Shown here piece after piece: positions 29,319-41,809 of a stretch of DNA of 64,000 nt. A model generated the notes under the pieces. The model was given only the letters and a program-made list of their open reading frames with translations, did not search any database and was not told the DNA's origin. Source of the stretch: an uncultured Pseudomonadota bacterium (GTDB taxonomy: Bacteria; Vulcanimicrobiota; Vulcanimicrobiia; Eremiobacterales; Eremiobacteraceae); contig CAVTNB010000001.1 of the NCBI GenBank assembly GCA_963736005.1, forward strand, positions 256,001 to 320,000, read 5' to 3'. Position numbers and translations under genes: made by a program. How positions within the stretch are numbered: the first letter of the stretch is position 1; each line of letters begins with the position of its first letter.

Positions 29319-30818
29319 CTAGAGGTTGAACTGAACCCCCAGCGCGGGTGCGCGCAGGTTCGCCGGACCCAGAAGGGAGCGTTCGCCGTAAAAAAGTTGC
29401 AAACGTTGTGCTAGGCGCAGATCTCCATAAAGGTCGAGCTTTGGCCGCTTCGGGTCGTAGAGGCGGGCGTCGATGCCAAATGGGCCGGCTGACTGGTAGA
29501 GCGCTTGCGCTCCCAAGTTTGAGTACAAGACCCCAAACGAATACTGCAGGCGCGGCGAATCTTGCAGGTTGATCAGAAAATTGTAGGTTGTCTTATAGCC
29601 AAGGTCATTCGCGCCGACAGTGACATGCACCGGAAAGCGTGGCAAGAGTTCAAGGTTGAGATCGCTCGCTGGCCCGGGCGAAGCATTAAACCAAGTCATC
29701 CGCACGTGAGCTGTCGCTAGGGCGAAGCCAGATCCAGATGAGGAGCTCATGCGGAAGCCCGCCCCGGATCGTGGGCCAGGCGACCCACCGCCGCCCTGCG
29801 GCTGGGCTGGGCCGGGTGTTTCGTTTCCCTGTGCGGTTGAAAAGGTACCAAGAATCGCGTTCGCTTTGGCGATCGCGCCGCTCAAATTGTGCACCGCGCC
29901 GCGCAACTCGCCCTGCACTTGCTGGTCGCCCGTAATGCTCTGAATGTCGGTTGCGACGGCCTTGAGCTTCTCACTTGAATCCTTGAGATTCGCCGTCGCA
30001 CTGAGCAGGTTTGCCTTCATGGTGGGATCGGTTGCAATTGAAGTGACCGCAGCCATGGTCTTGTTGAGGTTGTCCGCCGTGGCCGAGAGATCGTCGATGA
30101 GCGCGGCAAACTTCGGCCCGTTGCCAACTACCAGCCGGCGCAAGGTTGTCGTCATGGCGGTGACGTTTTGCCCATTCTGTGCGAGGACGGTCTGGAATCC
30201 TGTGATAAGGCCGTTGACGCTCGCGACGGTCGTGTTGAGTTGCTCGCCGAGCAAGTTGAAGTTTCGATCGGCGTGCACGACGAGCGCATCCGTGTGCTTC
30301 GCCACGTTGTTGAAATGGTGCACCATGCCGGGAAGCTCTGCGTTCACGATGGCCAGCGTCTTGTCCAGATCCCTCATGCGCTTTTGTCCCTCGGACACGA
30401 GGTCGGCGATCGTCAGCGGCACGACTCCCTCAGGCTGCTCACCCTCGGGAAGCACCCTGCGAGGTAATGGGACCGCTGACGACAGGTCGGCGGGAGGGAA
30501 TATGGTGAGCGTCGACTGTCCAGTCAACGTGGTCGCCACGGTAAAGGTTGAACCTCGATAGACAGTATTGTCGCCGTTGATCGAGCAGATGACGCTCGCG
30601 GTCTGATCGGGCAAAAGTCTGATCTTATCGACCGTGCCGATGTCGACCCCAGCGAGTTGCACCGAGCTGCCCTCTTGCAAGCCAACGACGTCGCGGAAAT
30701 GCACGCCAATTTGATACGAATTGCGCATGAGCGAGAAGTTGCTCAGCATCGCCCACACAACAAAAATCCCGATGATGGTTAAAACGGCGAAAACACCGAC
30801 TCGAAAGGCGACGGTCAT
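29319..30818 (-). CDS. mlaD: MCE/MlaD family protein with a long helical region and a C-terminal beta-rich region
   Basis: TM anchor (FRVGVF), MCE motif GLQEGSSVQLAGVDIGTV. Confidence 0.85.
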   Translation of the reverse strand: MTVAFRVGVFAVLTIIGIFVVWAMLSNFSLMRNSYQIGVHFRDVVGLQEGSSVQLAGVDIGTVDKIRLLPDQTASVICSINGDNTVYRGSTFTVATTLTGQSTLTIFPPADLSSAVPLPRRVLPEGEQPEGVVPLTIADLVSEGQKRMRDLDKTLAIVNAELPGMVHHFNNVAKHTDALVVHADRNFNLLGEQLNTTVASVNGLITGFQTVLAQNGQNVTAMTTTLRRLVVGNGPKFAALIDDLSATADNLNKTMAAVTSIATDPTMKANLLSATANLKDSSEKLKAVATDIQSITGDQQVQGELRGAVHNLSGAIAKANAILGTFSTAQGNETPGPAQPQGGGGSPGPRSGAGFRMSSSSGSGFALATAHVRMTWFNASPGPASDLNLELLPRFPVHVTVGANDLGYKTTYNFLINLQDSPRLQYSFGVLYSNLGAQALYQSAGPFGIDARLYDPKRPKLDLYGDLRLAQRLQLFYGERSLLGPANLRAPALGVQFNL

Positions 30819-30840
30819 GGGATCAAACCGTACTTGAGGG

Positions 30841-30891
30841 TCGCGAATAAATTCGCGACACCACATGGGCGACTTGACAGTCGCCCGCTAC
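30841..30891 (-). repeat. Two REP-like palindromes between mlaF and mlaD
   Basis: Minus strand: GTAGCGGGCGACTGTCAAGTCGCCCA and GTGGTGTCGCGAATTTATTCGCGA. Confidence 0.75.
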
Positions 30892-31691
30892 AGGGGAATC
30901 GGACCAACTTCGCTTCCCTCCAAGAATTGCTGGACGATGGGGTTTTGCGAGCGCCGGAACTCCTTCGCTGATGCGACCTCGATGATCGTGCCTTCAAAGA
31001 GCATTGCGATGTTGTCCGAGATCGCATAGACAGAGGGCATGTCGTGCATGACCACGATGCTCGTTGCATGCAAGCGCGATTGAATGGCCTTGATGGAGTC
31101 GGTGATGACATTGGTCATGATCGGATCAAGTCCCGTTGTCGGTTCGTCGAAGAGGACGATTTCCGGGTCATTCACGATTGCACGGGCGAATCCCACTCGC
31201 TTCTGCATTCCGCCTGAGAGCTCCGCGGGAAGCCGGTCTGCGACGTCACCCAAGCCGAGCGCATCCAACGTGTCGGTCACTCGCTGATCGATCTCCTTGC
31301 GCGTGAGCGTTGTGTGCTCGTACAGCGGAAAGCTCACGTTTTGCGCAACGGTGAGCGAGTCAAAAAGCGCGGCCGCCTGAAAAGCGAATCCCATCTTCCT
31401 ACGGATTTCATTGAGCTCCCGCTCTTGCAACCCAACAATGTTCTCCCCGTTGACGAAGATGTAGCCAGCATTCGGCATTCGCAGGCCATCGATGAGGCGC
31501 AAGATCGTCGACTTCCCCGCTCCAGACAGCCCAATCACCGACGTGACTTGCCCGCGCTGGAAATCAAGCGAGAGGTCCGACAGGACGATTTTCGGTCCGA
31601 AGGACAGATCGATATGTTGGAGGCTCACCGCGACGCTTTCGGATGGCGTCACAGCGTCGGGCATCTCGCGAGCGCCCGCGTGCTCTATCAT
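30888..31691 (-). CDS. mlaF: MlaF-type ABC transporter ATP-binding protein
   Basis: GLSGAGKS, ALFDSLTV, LSGGMQKRV, DEPTTGLDP. Confidence 0.9.
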   Translation of the reverse strand: MIEHAGAREMPDAVTPSESVAVSLQHIDLSFGPKIVLSDLSLDFQRGQVTSVIGLSGAGKSTILRLIDGLRMPNAGYIFVNGENIVGLQERELNEIRRKMGFAFQAAALFDSLTVAQNVSFPLYEHTTLTRKEIDQRVTDTLDALGLGDVADRLPAELSGGMQKRVGFARAIVNDPEIVLFDEPTTGLDPIMTNVITDSIKAIQSRLHATSIVVMHDMPSVYAISDNIAMLFEGTIIEVASAKEFRRSQNPIVQQFLEGSEVGPIPL

Positions 31692-32479
31692 CGGAACAGC
31701 ACGAACGACAGCGCGAAGTTGAAGGCGAAGATCAAAATGATCGAGGTAACCACGGCCTGGGTAGTCACGCGGCCGACTCCTTCTGCTCCGCCTTCTGTGC
31801 GCAGCCCTTCGTAGCAGGCAATGATAGAAATAATGATGCCGAAGACGGCGGCCTTCAGCAAACCCTTTTCAAAATCGGTAAAGTCGATGAACTGCTGCAC
31901 GGAAATCCAGTACGTGCTCGGTGCCAGGTGAATGCGCAGCCAGGCCATATAGTATCCGCCCCAAACTGAGATCATATCCGCGAAAACCGTCAGCATAGGG
32001 AGGCCGATAATGCAGGCAAGCAGCCTGGGCACAACGAGTACGCGCGTGGGACTTGTGCCCATGGATTGATACGCTTCGATCTGTTCGGTGACGACCATGG
32101 AGGCGAGTTGAGCGGTGATAGCGGCACCGGCGCGCCCAGCGACGACGATGGCTGTGAGAAGCGGGCCGAGCTCGCGTACCACGCCGTAGGCGACGCTCCC
32201 CCCGATGATATTGACGAGTCCATACTGCTGTGCCGAAGCCGCTGTTTCTAGCGCGATGACGAACCCCGTGAAGCCCGACGTGAGCAAGATGATGGGCAAC
32301 GATGAGACGATCAAGAAACTCGCCTGGCGCACCACTTCGCTTGGCCGGAAACGTAGCGCCAAAATATACCGAACCGAGTCGATGAGCAGCAACGTCACCC
32401 CGCCCGCGTACTCGAAGAAACGGCGCGTCAGCGGAAATGATTTTGGCAACGTCCGAAGGTAAAACGAGGCTCGAAACAT
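31688..32479 (-). CDS. mlaE: MlaE-type ABC transporter permease
   Basis: RELGPLLTAIVVAGRAG, VTEQIEA, GGAEGVG. Confidence 0.92.
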   Translation of the reverse strand: MFRASFYLRTLPKSFPLTRRFFEYAGGVTLLLIDSVRYILALRFRPSEVVRQASFLIVSSLPIILLTSGFTGFVIALETAASAQQYGLVNIIGGSVAYGVVRELGPLLTAIVVAGRAGAAITAQLASMVVTEQIEAYQSMGTSPTRVLVVPRLLACIIGLPMLTVFADMISVWGGYYMAWLRIHLAPSTYWISVQQFIDFTDFEKGLLKAAVFGIIISIIACYEGLRTEGGAEGVGRVTTQAVVTSIILIFAFNFALSFVLFR

Positions 32480-32480
32480 G

Positions 32481-32786
32481 CTAGGCTTTTGTCTCTTTTA
32501 GCGCTTGCGCAATCGTACGGGCACCTTCAAGGCGGCGCTGGGCTACAGCTCGTTCCGCATGCAAATTGTACTGCCGTTGATACACGTCATCAAGCTTGCG
32601 GTCGACCTCGGCCACATGGGCCTGCGCCTCGTTCGCGACGGCTCCAAAGTAACGAAGCGCCTGCGCACGAAACTCACGTTCGCTCTTCTCGCTTGGCAGC
32701 GCAGCCAGCTGCGCGCGCGCACGCAGCAAACGCTTGTCGGTGATGTGAAAAGCGTCGACAAGCGCGAGCAGCTCGGACACGTTCAT
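32481..32786 (-). CDS. Hypothetical coiled-coil protein
   Basis: Fills the gap between rph and mlaE exactly, on the same strand. Confidence 0.65.
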   Translation of the reverse strand: MNVSELLALVDAFHITDKRLLRARAQLAALPSEKSEREFRAQALRYFGAVANEAQAHVAEVDRKLDDVYQRQYNLHAERAVAQRRLEGARTIAQALKETKA

Positions 32787-33574
32787 TTAAACGCTGCTGC
32801 CGGCCTTCGTCGCAAGCGGCTTGCGCCCGAATGGCGGTAGACCAAAGGAAGCCAGCGACTCCTTCTGGTGCGCGATGATCTGCTCGATGCCAGCCTTGGC
32901 AAGCGCCAAGAGCCGATCGAGGTCGGCGCGCGAGAAGGGCATTTGTTCGGCCGTGCCCTGCAGTTCGACGAAGCGCCCGTCGCCGGTCATCACGACGTTC
33001 ATGTCCACCTGCGCCTTCGAATCTTCTTCGTAGCACAAGTCAAGTGCGACCCGGCCACCGATGATGCCAACCGAAGTTGCGGCGAGCCAGTCGACGACTG
33101 GCCAACCACGCAGCGTGCCCTTCTCTCGGAGTTTCGCCAGCGCCAGGCACATCGCGACAAAGGCGCCACACAACGCCGTCGTTCGCGTGCCGCCGTCCGC
33201 TTGGACGACGTCGCAATCGAGCCAGATCGTACGCTCCCCCAAGGCTGTGAGGTCGACGACCGAGCGCAGGCTGCGCCCGATAAGCCTTTGGATTTCGTGG
33301 GTGCGGCCACCAATTTTGCCAGTGGCTGCTTCGCGCGGCGTGCGCTCGAAGGTCGACCGTGGCAGCAGTGAATACTCGGCGGTCACCCAGCCGCCGCCCT
33401 TGCCTTTCAGAAATGGCGGGACCTTTTCATCAACGGTCGCCGCACAGATAACTTTGGTGTGCCCGGCCTCAATCATCACCGAACCTTCCGCGTAGCGCAG
33501 ATAGTCCGTGCGGATCGACAACGGGCGCAGCTGATCGTCAGCTCGTCCATCAGCCCGAAGATCTGCGGCCACGC

Positions 33575-33578
<4 letters not shown>
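32787..33578 (-). CDS. rph: Ribonuclease PH
   Basis: [43 protein letters not shown]. Confidence 0.96.
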
Positions 33579-35404
<1,826 letters not shown>

Positions 35405-35454
35405 GCTTTAAGAGTTCGCTCCTACCTGTCGAGGGCGGCTCCAGTGGCCGCTCA

Positions 35455-36048
35455 TCAAGGGCCGGTTCGCCCCGGCAAACGGACGACCTTGAGACGTTCC
35501 GCCGTCAATATCGAACGAAGGTCGAAGACTGCGCCTTCTATATCTTTGTTGACCACCCTATACTCGAACTCAGCTAAGGCCTGCACTTCTTCTTCTGCAA
35601 TATTGAGCCGAGCATCGATCTCTTTTTGGCTATCCGAGTGTCGCTGCTCGAGCCGCTGGAGCAGGTCTCGTTCCGTCGGCGCGGTTAGGAAAACTAAGAC
35701 TGCTTGCGGGTAGAGCCGCTTGATAGCGCGTGCCCCGTTCACTTCAGGCTTGAGGATTAAGTCGCGGCTGTTGGCAAGCGCCCCATCGACGGCTGCGCGA
35801 GGCGTACCATACAGATTGCCGGCATATTCGCGGGTCTCAAGGAAGTAACCGGTAGCGGCCAATTTGCCAAATTCGTCCCGAGTTATGAAACGATAGTGCA
35901 CACCTTCGATTTCGTAGGGACGGGGCGCCCGTGTGGTGGCCGAAACGCAGTAGGCAACCCCTGGTTCGAGCTGGCGAAGGCGCTCGATGATCGTATCCTT
36001 CCCGGCCCCAGAGGGTCCGGAAAGCACGAGGAGCACCCCCTTGCTCAT
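35455..36048 (-). CDS. gmk: Guanylate kinase
   Basis: SGPSGAGK, SATTRAPR, YGTP. Confidence 0.95.
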   Translation of the reverse strand: MSKGVLLVLSGPSGAGKDTIIERLRQLEPGVAYCVSATTRAPRPYEIEGVHYRFITRDEFGKLAATGYFLETREYAGNLYGTPRAAVDGALANSRDLILKPEVNGARAIKRLYPQAVLVFLTAPTERDLLQRLEQRHSDSQKEIDARLNIAEEEVQALAEFEYRVVNKDIEGAVFDLRSILTAERLKVVRLPGRTGP

Positions 36049-36089
36049 TGTGGTCGCGATTTTTTGCTCTCCTTGTCGAAAGGTCGCGC

Positions 36090-37775
36090 ATGACGCTTGA
36101 CTCCTGGCTCGTTGCGCGCCTCGCGCGAGAACTCGACGTCATGCTGCGCGGTGCAAGAATTCAGTCCGTTCAGACTCTGCGCCACGGGGTCATCTTCTTG
36201 TGTTATCGGCGCGGCGTCCACGTTGCCTTGCACGCCAGGCTGGATTCGTCAGATCCGATGGTCGGCGCATACGAATGCGCGCCGCCAGAAAAGGAATCCG
36301 GCCCAGCTGGATGGCTCGGCGACGTCGCGGCGCTCCTGCGCGGCGCAAGCATTGAGTCGGTCAGCGTAGTGCCGCACGATCGCGTGATGATTTTCGATGT
36401 AGGTTCCCGTTCAGCTTTTGGCCTGCCTTCACGGAGCCGGCTTGTCTTCGAAATCCAGCCGCGCAAAGCAAATGCTCTGGTTCTGCGGGCAGCCCATGAC
36501 GCAAAAAGCTGGGTCATCGTTGCTGCTCAAAAGCAATTTGCCCAGAGCGGCGCACGGCGCGTTGCGGTCGGGTCACCATACGAGCCGCCGCCAGCTAGAC
36601 GCACAACGTTGGATCGCGCCCAATTCATCGTCGCTGCTCGTGAGTTGACCAGTGCAGACGCAAAAGGTTGGGAGCGACTGCTTGCGGCTCACGATCCGCG
36701 CTGCACGCCTGCCCTTGCCAAAGAGGTCGTGCATCGCTTCACCGCACAAGGCGAACTGCAGCGCGCGCATGCGGCATTGCAAGTGTGGACGGCCGTTTGC
36801 CAGGAAGTGGAAGGCGCCCTCGAACGCAAGGGTCCCATCTATTTTTGGTCTGAGGACGAAAGAGTCGCACTGTGTCACCTTATCCCGTTGAGCTGGCCAT
36901 CATGGCACATGGCCACCGCGATGTCACTGAACGAATTATGCGCGCGGGCTCTTCGCGAGCAGCCGGCTAGCTCCGCCGGTTCTCCGCGAGAAACAATCAA
37001 AAAGCGGCTTCAAACCATGCTCGCGCGATGCGAACAAGAAGTGCAGTCACTAGAGCGATCGCTCGATCTGGCACAGCAAGCCGACCGCTGGCGCGCAGCG
37101 GGCGAGGCGATTTACGCGAATCTCTCCGACATCCCGCCAAACAGCCAAGAGCTTGTCGCTTCCGACGGCACTCGCACGACGCTCGACCCACTGCTCACAC
37201 CGAAGCAAAACGCGGCTGAATACTTCCGAAAGTACAAGAAAGCTCGCAGCAGTATGGCGCCCGTGCGCGCTCGCCTGCAAACCTTGCAGAGCAATAGAGA
37301 ATATTGGGAGCATCTCCTTTGGGAAGCGGAGCGCGACGATATCGACGCTGCGCAACATGGCGTCCTGATGGCAGAGCTTGCCGCCGCCATCGGGATGAAG
37401 AGGCTGGAGAAAAAGACGAAGCGGACTGCCGCGCCATATCCCCGGGTCGAGCTCTCCGACGGCGCCGTCGCGTACGTTGGGCGTTCGCCCAAGGAAAACG
37501 AGCGGCTAACCTTTTCCGTCGCTGGCCCGAACGACTACTGGTTTCACGCTCGCGGCGTTCCTGGCGCGCACGTGATCGTGAAAACAAATGGCATCCCGCT
37601 TGCGCAAAACCAGATTCAAGAGGCTGCGGCGTTGGCGGCCGCGCATAGCAGAGCCACCGGTGCCAAGAGCGTCGATGTCGACTACACCCGCCGCAAGCAC
37701 GTTCGCCGGCGTGGGGCCGGGCGGGCAGGATTGGTTTGGTACACGGACTTTGCAACGATTCGCGTCAACCCTTGA
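36090..37775 (+). CDS. rqcH: NFACT/FbpA (RqcH) ribosome quality-control protein
   Basis: N-terminal MTLD...DR, LDPxxTPxQNAxxYF, GRSxKEN, WFHARGVPGAHV, VDYT. Confidence 0.85.
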   Translation: MTLDSWLVARLARELDVMLRGARIQSVQTLRHGVIFLCYRRGVHVALHARLDSSDPMVGAYECAPPEKESGPAGWLGDVAALLRGASIESVSVVPHDRVMIFDVGSRSAFGLPSRSRLVFEIQPRKANALVLRAAHDAKSWVIVAAQKQFAQSGARRVAVGSPYEPPPARRTTLDRAQFIVAARELTSADAKGWERLLAAHDPRCTPALAKEVVHRFTAQGELQRAHAALQVWTAVCQEVEGALERKGPIYFWSEDERVALCHLIPLSWPSWHMATAMSLNELCARALREQPASSAGSPRETIKKRLQTMLARCEQEVQSLERSLDLAQQADRWRAAGEAIYANLSDIPPNSQELVASDGTRTTLDPLLTPKQNAAEYFRKYKKARSSMAPVRARLQTLQSNREYWEHLLWEAERDDIDAAQHGVLMAELAAAIGMKRLEKKTKRTAAPYPRVELSDGAVAYVGRSPKENERLTFSVAGPNDYWFHARGVPGAHVIVKTNGIPLAQNQIQEAAALAAAHSRATGAKSVDVDYTRRKHVRRRGAGRAGLVWYTDFATIRVNP

Positions 37776-38829
37776 TCGGCTCCCAAAACGTCGCATCCCC
37801 GAACGAATAGAAACGGTACTCATTGCGCACCGCTTCGCGATACGCATCCAAAACGCGGGCTGTTCCAGCAAATGCGCACACGAGCATCAAGAGCGTCGAT
37901 CGCGGGAGATGAAAGTTTGTCACGAGCGCGTCGACGGACGCAATTTCGTCGGGCGGATGAACGAACAGCGACGTCCACCGCCCGCCCGCCTCGACCTGGC
38001 CATGGGGTGACACACGCAACGCATCTTCGAGCGCTCGCAGCGTTGTGGTGCCAATCGCGATGACTCGGTTGCCGCTCGCCCGCGCCCGCGCGATGGCTTG
38101 CGCTGTGCCAACATCGATCTCATAACGCTCCGCATGCATGAGATGCTGGCGGATGTCTGCCGACTTCACTGGCCGAAAGGTGCCTGGACCGACGTCGAGG
38201 GTAATCGTACTCCATCCGACGTCGCGCTCGCGGAGCTGCGCGAGTAGCGATTCCGTAAAATGCAAGCCAGCGGTGGGGGCGGCGACCGATCCTGGTTGCG
38301 TCGCATAGACGGTCTGATAACGCTCGCGTGCATTCGCAGGAGCGCTCCGGATGTACGGTGGTAGAGGCACAACCCCAAAGCGTTCCATTGCTGCCTGCGC
38401 ATCGATGCCGTAAAAGCGGACAAGACGATTGCCGCCTGGCGCCCAGTCGAGAATCTCGATACCCGAGTCAGCATCGAAGTGAAGGAGGTCTCCTGGCCTC
38501 ACCCGCTTGCCCGGCCGGGCCATAGCGAGCCACGTGCCCGGCGTATCGGCCGGATGTAAGAGCAGTACCTGGGCTGCGCCACCACCGCGGCGCTTTGGAA
38601 AGAATCGCGCCGGAAGGACGCGAGCATCGTTGGCAACGAGCAGATCGCCGGCGCGCAGCAGCGACGGCAGATCGGAAAAACACAGATGGCGGCGCTCGCC
38701 GCTCGCCCCAACCGCGAGCAGCCTCGATTGATCTCGTCGATCGGTAGGTCGCTGGGCTATGAGCCGTGGAGGTAAGTCGTACTCGTACGTCGCCGTTGCG
38801 TACGGGTCGAGTTCTAAGGGCCTATCCAA
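37765..38829 (-). CDS. queA: S-adenosylmethionine:tRNA ribosyltransferase-isomerase
   Basis: LIAQRP, PLPPYI, YQTVYA, AAPTAGLHF, TNFHLP, YRFYSFGD. Confidence 0.96.
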   Translation of the reverse strand: MDRPLELDPYATATYEYDLPPRLIAQRPTDRRDQSRLLAVGASGERRHLCFSDLPSLLRAGDLLVANDARVLPARFFPKRRGGGAAQVLLLHPADTPGTWLAMARPGKRVRPGDLLHFDADSGIEILDWAPGGNRLVRFYGIDAQAAMERFGVVPLPPYIRSAPANARERYQTVYATQPGSVAAPTAGLHFTESLLAQLRERDVGWSTITLDVGPGTFRPVKSADIRQHLMHAERYEIDVGTAQAIARARASGNRVIAIGTTTLRALEDALRVSPHGQVEAGGRWTSLFVHPPDEIASVDALVTNFHLPRSTLLMLVCAFAGTARVLDAYREAVRNEYRFYSFGDATFWEPIKG

Positions 38830-40067
38830 TGTAGTTTCGCGAATTTATTCGCGAGCATTCGTCGTGAGCGATTGGAAACTCGCCGGGTCGTGGCCCGCGC
38901 GACATGAAGTCGCTGATACGATGCGAGTTGCGTGAGCAACGTCCCGGGATAGTAGAAATTGATAATCGAGTAGACGCCGAGGCCGGCCTGCGCCATCCCG
39001 CGAGCGCCGAGCTGACACATACCGACGCCGTGACCGTAGCCAGAGCCGCTCACTCGAACGATGCCCGAGGCATATGAGAGCGAGCGAATGCGGGTGCTCT
39101 TCACGAGGCGCGTTCCCGCGGCGGATCGGAACACTGTCGCTGGAATGGAAAAAGTGTGTCCGCCAATGATGAGATCGACCGACAAGAGTCTGCCTGATTC
39201 ATCGTAGGGTCCCGGGCGAATGTCTTGCAACGAATCAAAATCGATGCTGCCCGCAAGCGCACCCGTATCAGCGAGCGAGCTCAGCAACGCTGGCGCTGGA
39301 ACGTCGGCGCTCCAGTCCATGTAGGGCGAAAATGGGCAATACGGGTCGCGGACCGCCTGAAGGTAGGGTTGCGGGTCGTTGAGAGCATGGCCGTCTGAGG
39401 TAAACCCTCCATCGCACGACGAGTAATATGCGTTCGCAAGATGGTTTCCGTACACCATGACGACCCCGCGGGTTGCATCGACGGCATTGACGACGGACTC
39501 GGATTCCGCATCGACGCCGTTGTACGCTTGATCCGCGTCGCCCGCCCGCAGGTCGAATCCCAGATCCTCGTGCGCACCAAGATGCGCAACTGCATAGGTG
39601 CGCGCGACGATCGCCTGCGCTTGCAACGCTGAGGACGGGGTGCTCGCGCCCACCTCACTGCCGACGACGCTATACAGATACTGTTCCAACTCGACCACGT
39701 CGACGACTCGCAGTGAGTTATCGGTGTCACGAATGATCAGCATGCTGCCTCGGTACTCTTGTCCATCGAGGGTCAGGCCGATGTCGGTCAAAGGGGTAAT
39801 GAGAATCTGCGACTGCGCGGCAATGCTGCCGGCCAGCACGAGACCATCGGCTTGGGGGCGGACGTCGATGACCGTTGTGACGTCTGGCGTGAGCAAAGGC
39901 GCCGAACCAGCCAGATAGGGCCGAACGATGAGGCCACCAGCGGATGCAACGACGGCTTGCAGTTGGTGTTTTAAGAGCAAGACCCGCATTTGCGTCTGAG
40001 CGTCGCTTGGCAAGACGCAGCTCAGCACCCACCCAAGCGCCGCAAGGCAACCGACGACGAGCCTCAC
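38814..40067 (-). CDS. SpoIID/LytB domain peptidoglycan lytic protein
   Basis: EQYLYSVVGSE, AQAIVARTYA, YSSCDGG, GYGHGVGMCQLGA. Confidence 0.9.
   Translation of the reverse strand: MRLVVGCLAALGWVLSCVLPSDAQTQMRVLLLKHQLQAVVASAGGLIVRPYLAGSAPLLTPDVTTVIDVRPQADGLVLAGSIAAQSQILITPLTDIGLTLDGQEYRGSMLIIRDTDNSLRVVDVVELEQYLYSVVGSEVGASTPSSALQAQAIVARTYAVAHLGAHEDLGFDLRAGDADQAYNGVDAESESVVNAVDATRGVVMVYGNHLANAYYSSCDGGFTSDGHALNDPQPYLQAVRDPYCPFSPYMDWSADVPAPALLSSLADTGALAGSIDFDSLQDIRPGPYDESGRLLSVDLIIGGHTFSIPATVFRSAAGTRLVKSTRIRSLSYASGIVRVSGSGYGHGVGMCQLGARGMAQAGLGVYSIINFYYPGTLLTQLASYQRLHVARATTRRVSNRSRRMLANKFAKLHWIGP
38831..38854 (+). repeat. REP-like palindrome inside the SpoIID 3' coding end
   Basis: GTAGTTTCGCGAATTTATTCGCGA. 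Confidence 0.7.
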
Positions 40068-41149
40068 AGAAGCCGGGGATGCTCCTGCGGAGAGGGCTTC
40101 CCCAAGTATTCCCTTGCCTTGGGCGTCGCCCGCCTTCCAGCGGCAGTGCGATTGACAAAACCAATTTGAATCAAAAATGGCTCAACGACGTCGACGAGTG
40201 TTCCCTCATCCTCGTTTAAACTTGCGGCCAAAGCCGCGATCCCGACTGGTCCACCGGAATACTGCTCGATCAAGACACGCAGGAATGCGCGATCGAGTGG
40301 GTCCAGCCCCAGCAAATCAATACGCTCGAGTTCGAGCGCTGCTTTGGCAACTTCTTGATCGACATTGCCGGCGGAACGCACCTCAGCGAAATCGCGCACG
40401 CGGCGCAGGAGGCGGTTTGCTATGCGGGGCGTTCCTCTGGCGCGCGACGCAATTTCTCGCGCTCCTTCCGCGTCGATGCGGACGCCGAGCACCGAGGCTG
40501 AGTGGGTGACGATCGCGCAGAGGTCGTCGACGCCATAGTAATCGAGACGGTGAACGATCCCAAAACGCTCCCGCAGCGGCGCCGTGAGCATGCCGGGCCG
40601 CGTCGTTGCTCCGATGAGGGTAAAGTGTTTGAGATTGATCTTGATTGTCTTCGCGTACGCGCCCTTATCGACCATAAAATCAATCGCAAAATCTTCCATG
40701 GCGGGATAAAGGAACTCTTCCACGACCCGGCTGAGGCGGTGCACCTCGTCGATGAAAAGCACGTCGCCGCGCTCGAGGTTGGTGAGGATTCCCACGAGAT
40801 CGCCCGGCCGGTCAAGCGTCGGCCCTGATGCCTGACGAAACGTGGCTTCCATCTCCCGAGAGATGATGTTCGCAAGGGTGGTCTTGCCAAGACCCGGGGG
40901 ACCGTGGAGCAAGATGTGGTCGAGCGGTTCGCCGCGGCGCTTGGCGGCCTCGATAGAGATTTTTAGATTCTCGACAACATCGCGCTGCCCGACGTAGCGA
41001 TCGAAGCGCGTCGGTCGCAACGTGACCGTTATGATTTCGTCTTCGATGCTTTCGCCGGCTCCGACAATGGGATGTCGGGCGTGCTCGGGCTTTGGTTGCT
41101 CCCCGGGAGCTTCAGCGCCATCTCCGCGCACCGTTGGTTTCTTTGGCAC
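40064..41149 (-). CDS. ruvB: Holliday junction branch migration helicase RuvB
   Basis: GPPGLGKTTLA, FIDEVHRL, GATTR, RGTPRIANRLL. Confidence 0.97.
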   Translation of the reverse strand: MPKKPTVRGDGAEAPGEQPKPEHARHPIVGAGESIEDEIITVTLRPTRFDRYVGQRDVVENLKISIEAAKRRGEPLDHILLHGPPGLGKTTLANIISREMEATFRQASGPTLDRPGDLVGILTNLERGDVLFIDEVHRLSRVVEEFLYPAMEDFAIDFMVDKGAYAKTIKINLKHFTLIGATTRPGMLTAPLRERFGIVHRLDYYGVDDLCAIVTHSASVLGVRIDAEGAREIASRARGTPRIANRLLRRVRDFAEVRSAGNVDQEVAKAALELERIDLLGLDPLDRAFLRVLIEQYSGGPVGIAALAASLNEDEGTLVDVVEPFLIQIGFVNRTAAGRRATPKAREYLGKPSPQEHPRLL

Positions 41150-41809
41150 CTACTGCGCACTCCCGTTGTCGCGAGCGACCGTCTTGGTCGCTGGCTGCTG
41201 GCGCCGGTAGATCTCGCCCAAGAGTTCCTCTGCGGTCGTGATGCCGCTGTTATGCGCGATCGCTTCGCGCGCCATGTGGTCGGCTTCTGCCCGCCGATAT
41301 TGCAACTGGAGCAACACCTCAATAGCTTCGGCGACAAAATCAGGCGTCGGTTCGCTCTTCTTCCCGTCTGCTTCGCCTTGAATCAAGCCGAAGCGCGCGA
41401 CCTTGCCTTGAAGTTTTGCGATGATATCTTTGGCCTTTTGACCGCCGATACCCGGCAAACGCCGCAAACTTGCTTGGTCGCCCGCATCGATAAAGCGAGC
41501 GATCTGTGCCATTGGAAGCGAGAAGGCCTTCGCTGCGGTCTTTGGCCCAATGCTCGCTACGGTTAACAGCGCTTCAAAAAATTCTCGTTCGATGGCGTTG
41601 GTGAAACCAACGAACATGGACTCACCGCGGTTGCCATCGATTTGCAAGTACGGAAAGATTTCGAGTTTGATCGGATCTCCGGGACCGAGTTTGGCTAGTT
41701 TGTCAATCACGCAGCGGGGCAGCATGATGTCGTACGAAAGCCCCCCAACTTCGACAAGGGCCGAGCTTTGAGTCTTCTCCCGAAGGATGCCCTCGATCCG
41801 CGAGAACAT
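41150..41809 (-). CDS. ruvA: Holliday junction branch migration protein RuvA
   Basis: EVGGLSY, HhH motifs SIGPKTA and PGIGGQKA; lies between ruvC and ruvB. Confidence 0.93.
   Translation of the reverse strand: MFSRIEGILREKTQSSALVEVGGLSYDIMLPRCVIDKLAKLGPGDPIKLEIFPYLQIDGNRGESMFVGFTNAIEREFFEALLTVASIGPKTAAKAFSLPMAQIARFIDAGDQASLRRLPGIGGQKAKDIIAKLQGKVARFGLIQGEADGKKSEPTPDFVAEAIEVLLQLQYRRAEADHMAREAIAHNSGITTAEELLGEIYRRQQPATKTVARDNGSAQ

Noticed and set aside
35405..35454. glmS ribozyme
   Set aside because: Only 50 nt separate gmk and glmS, and no ribozyme core is visible.
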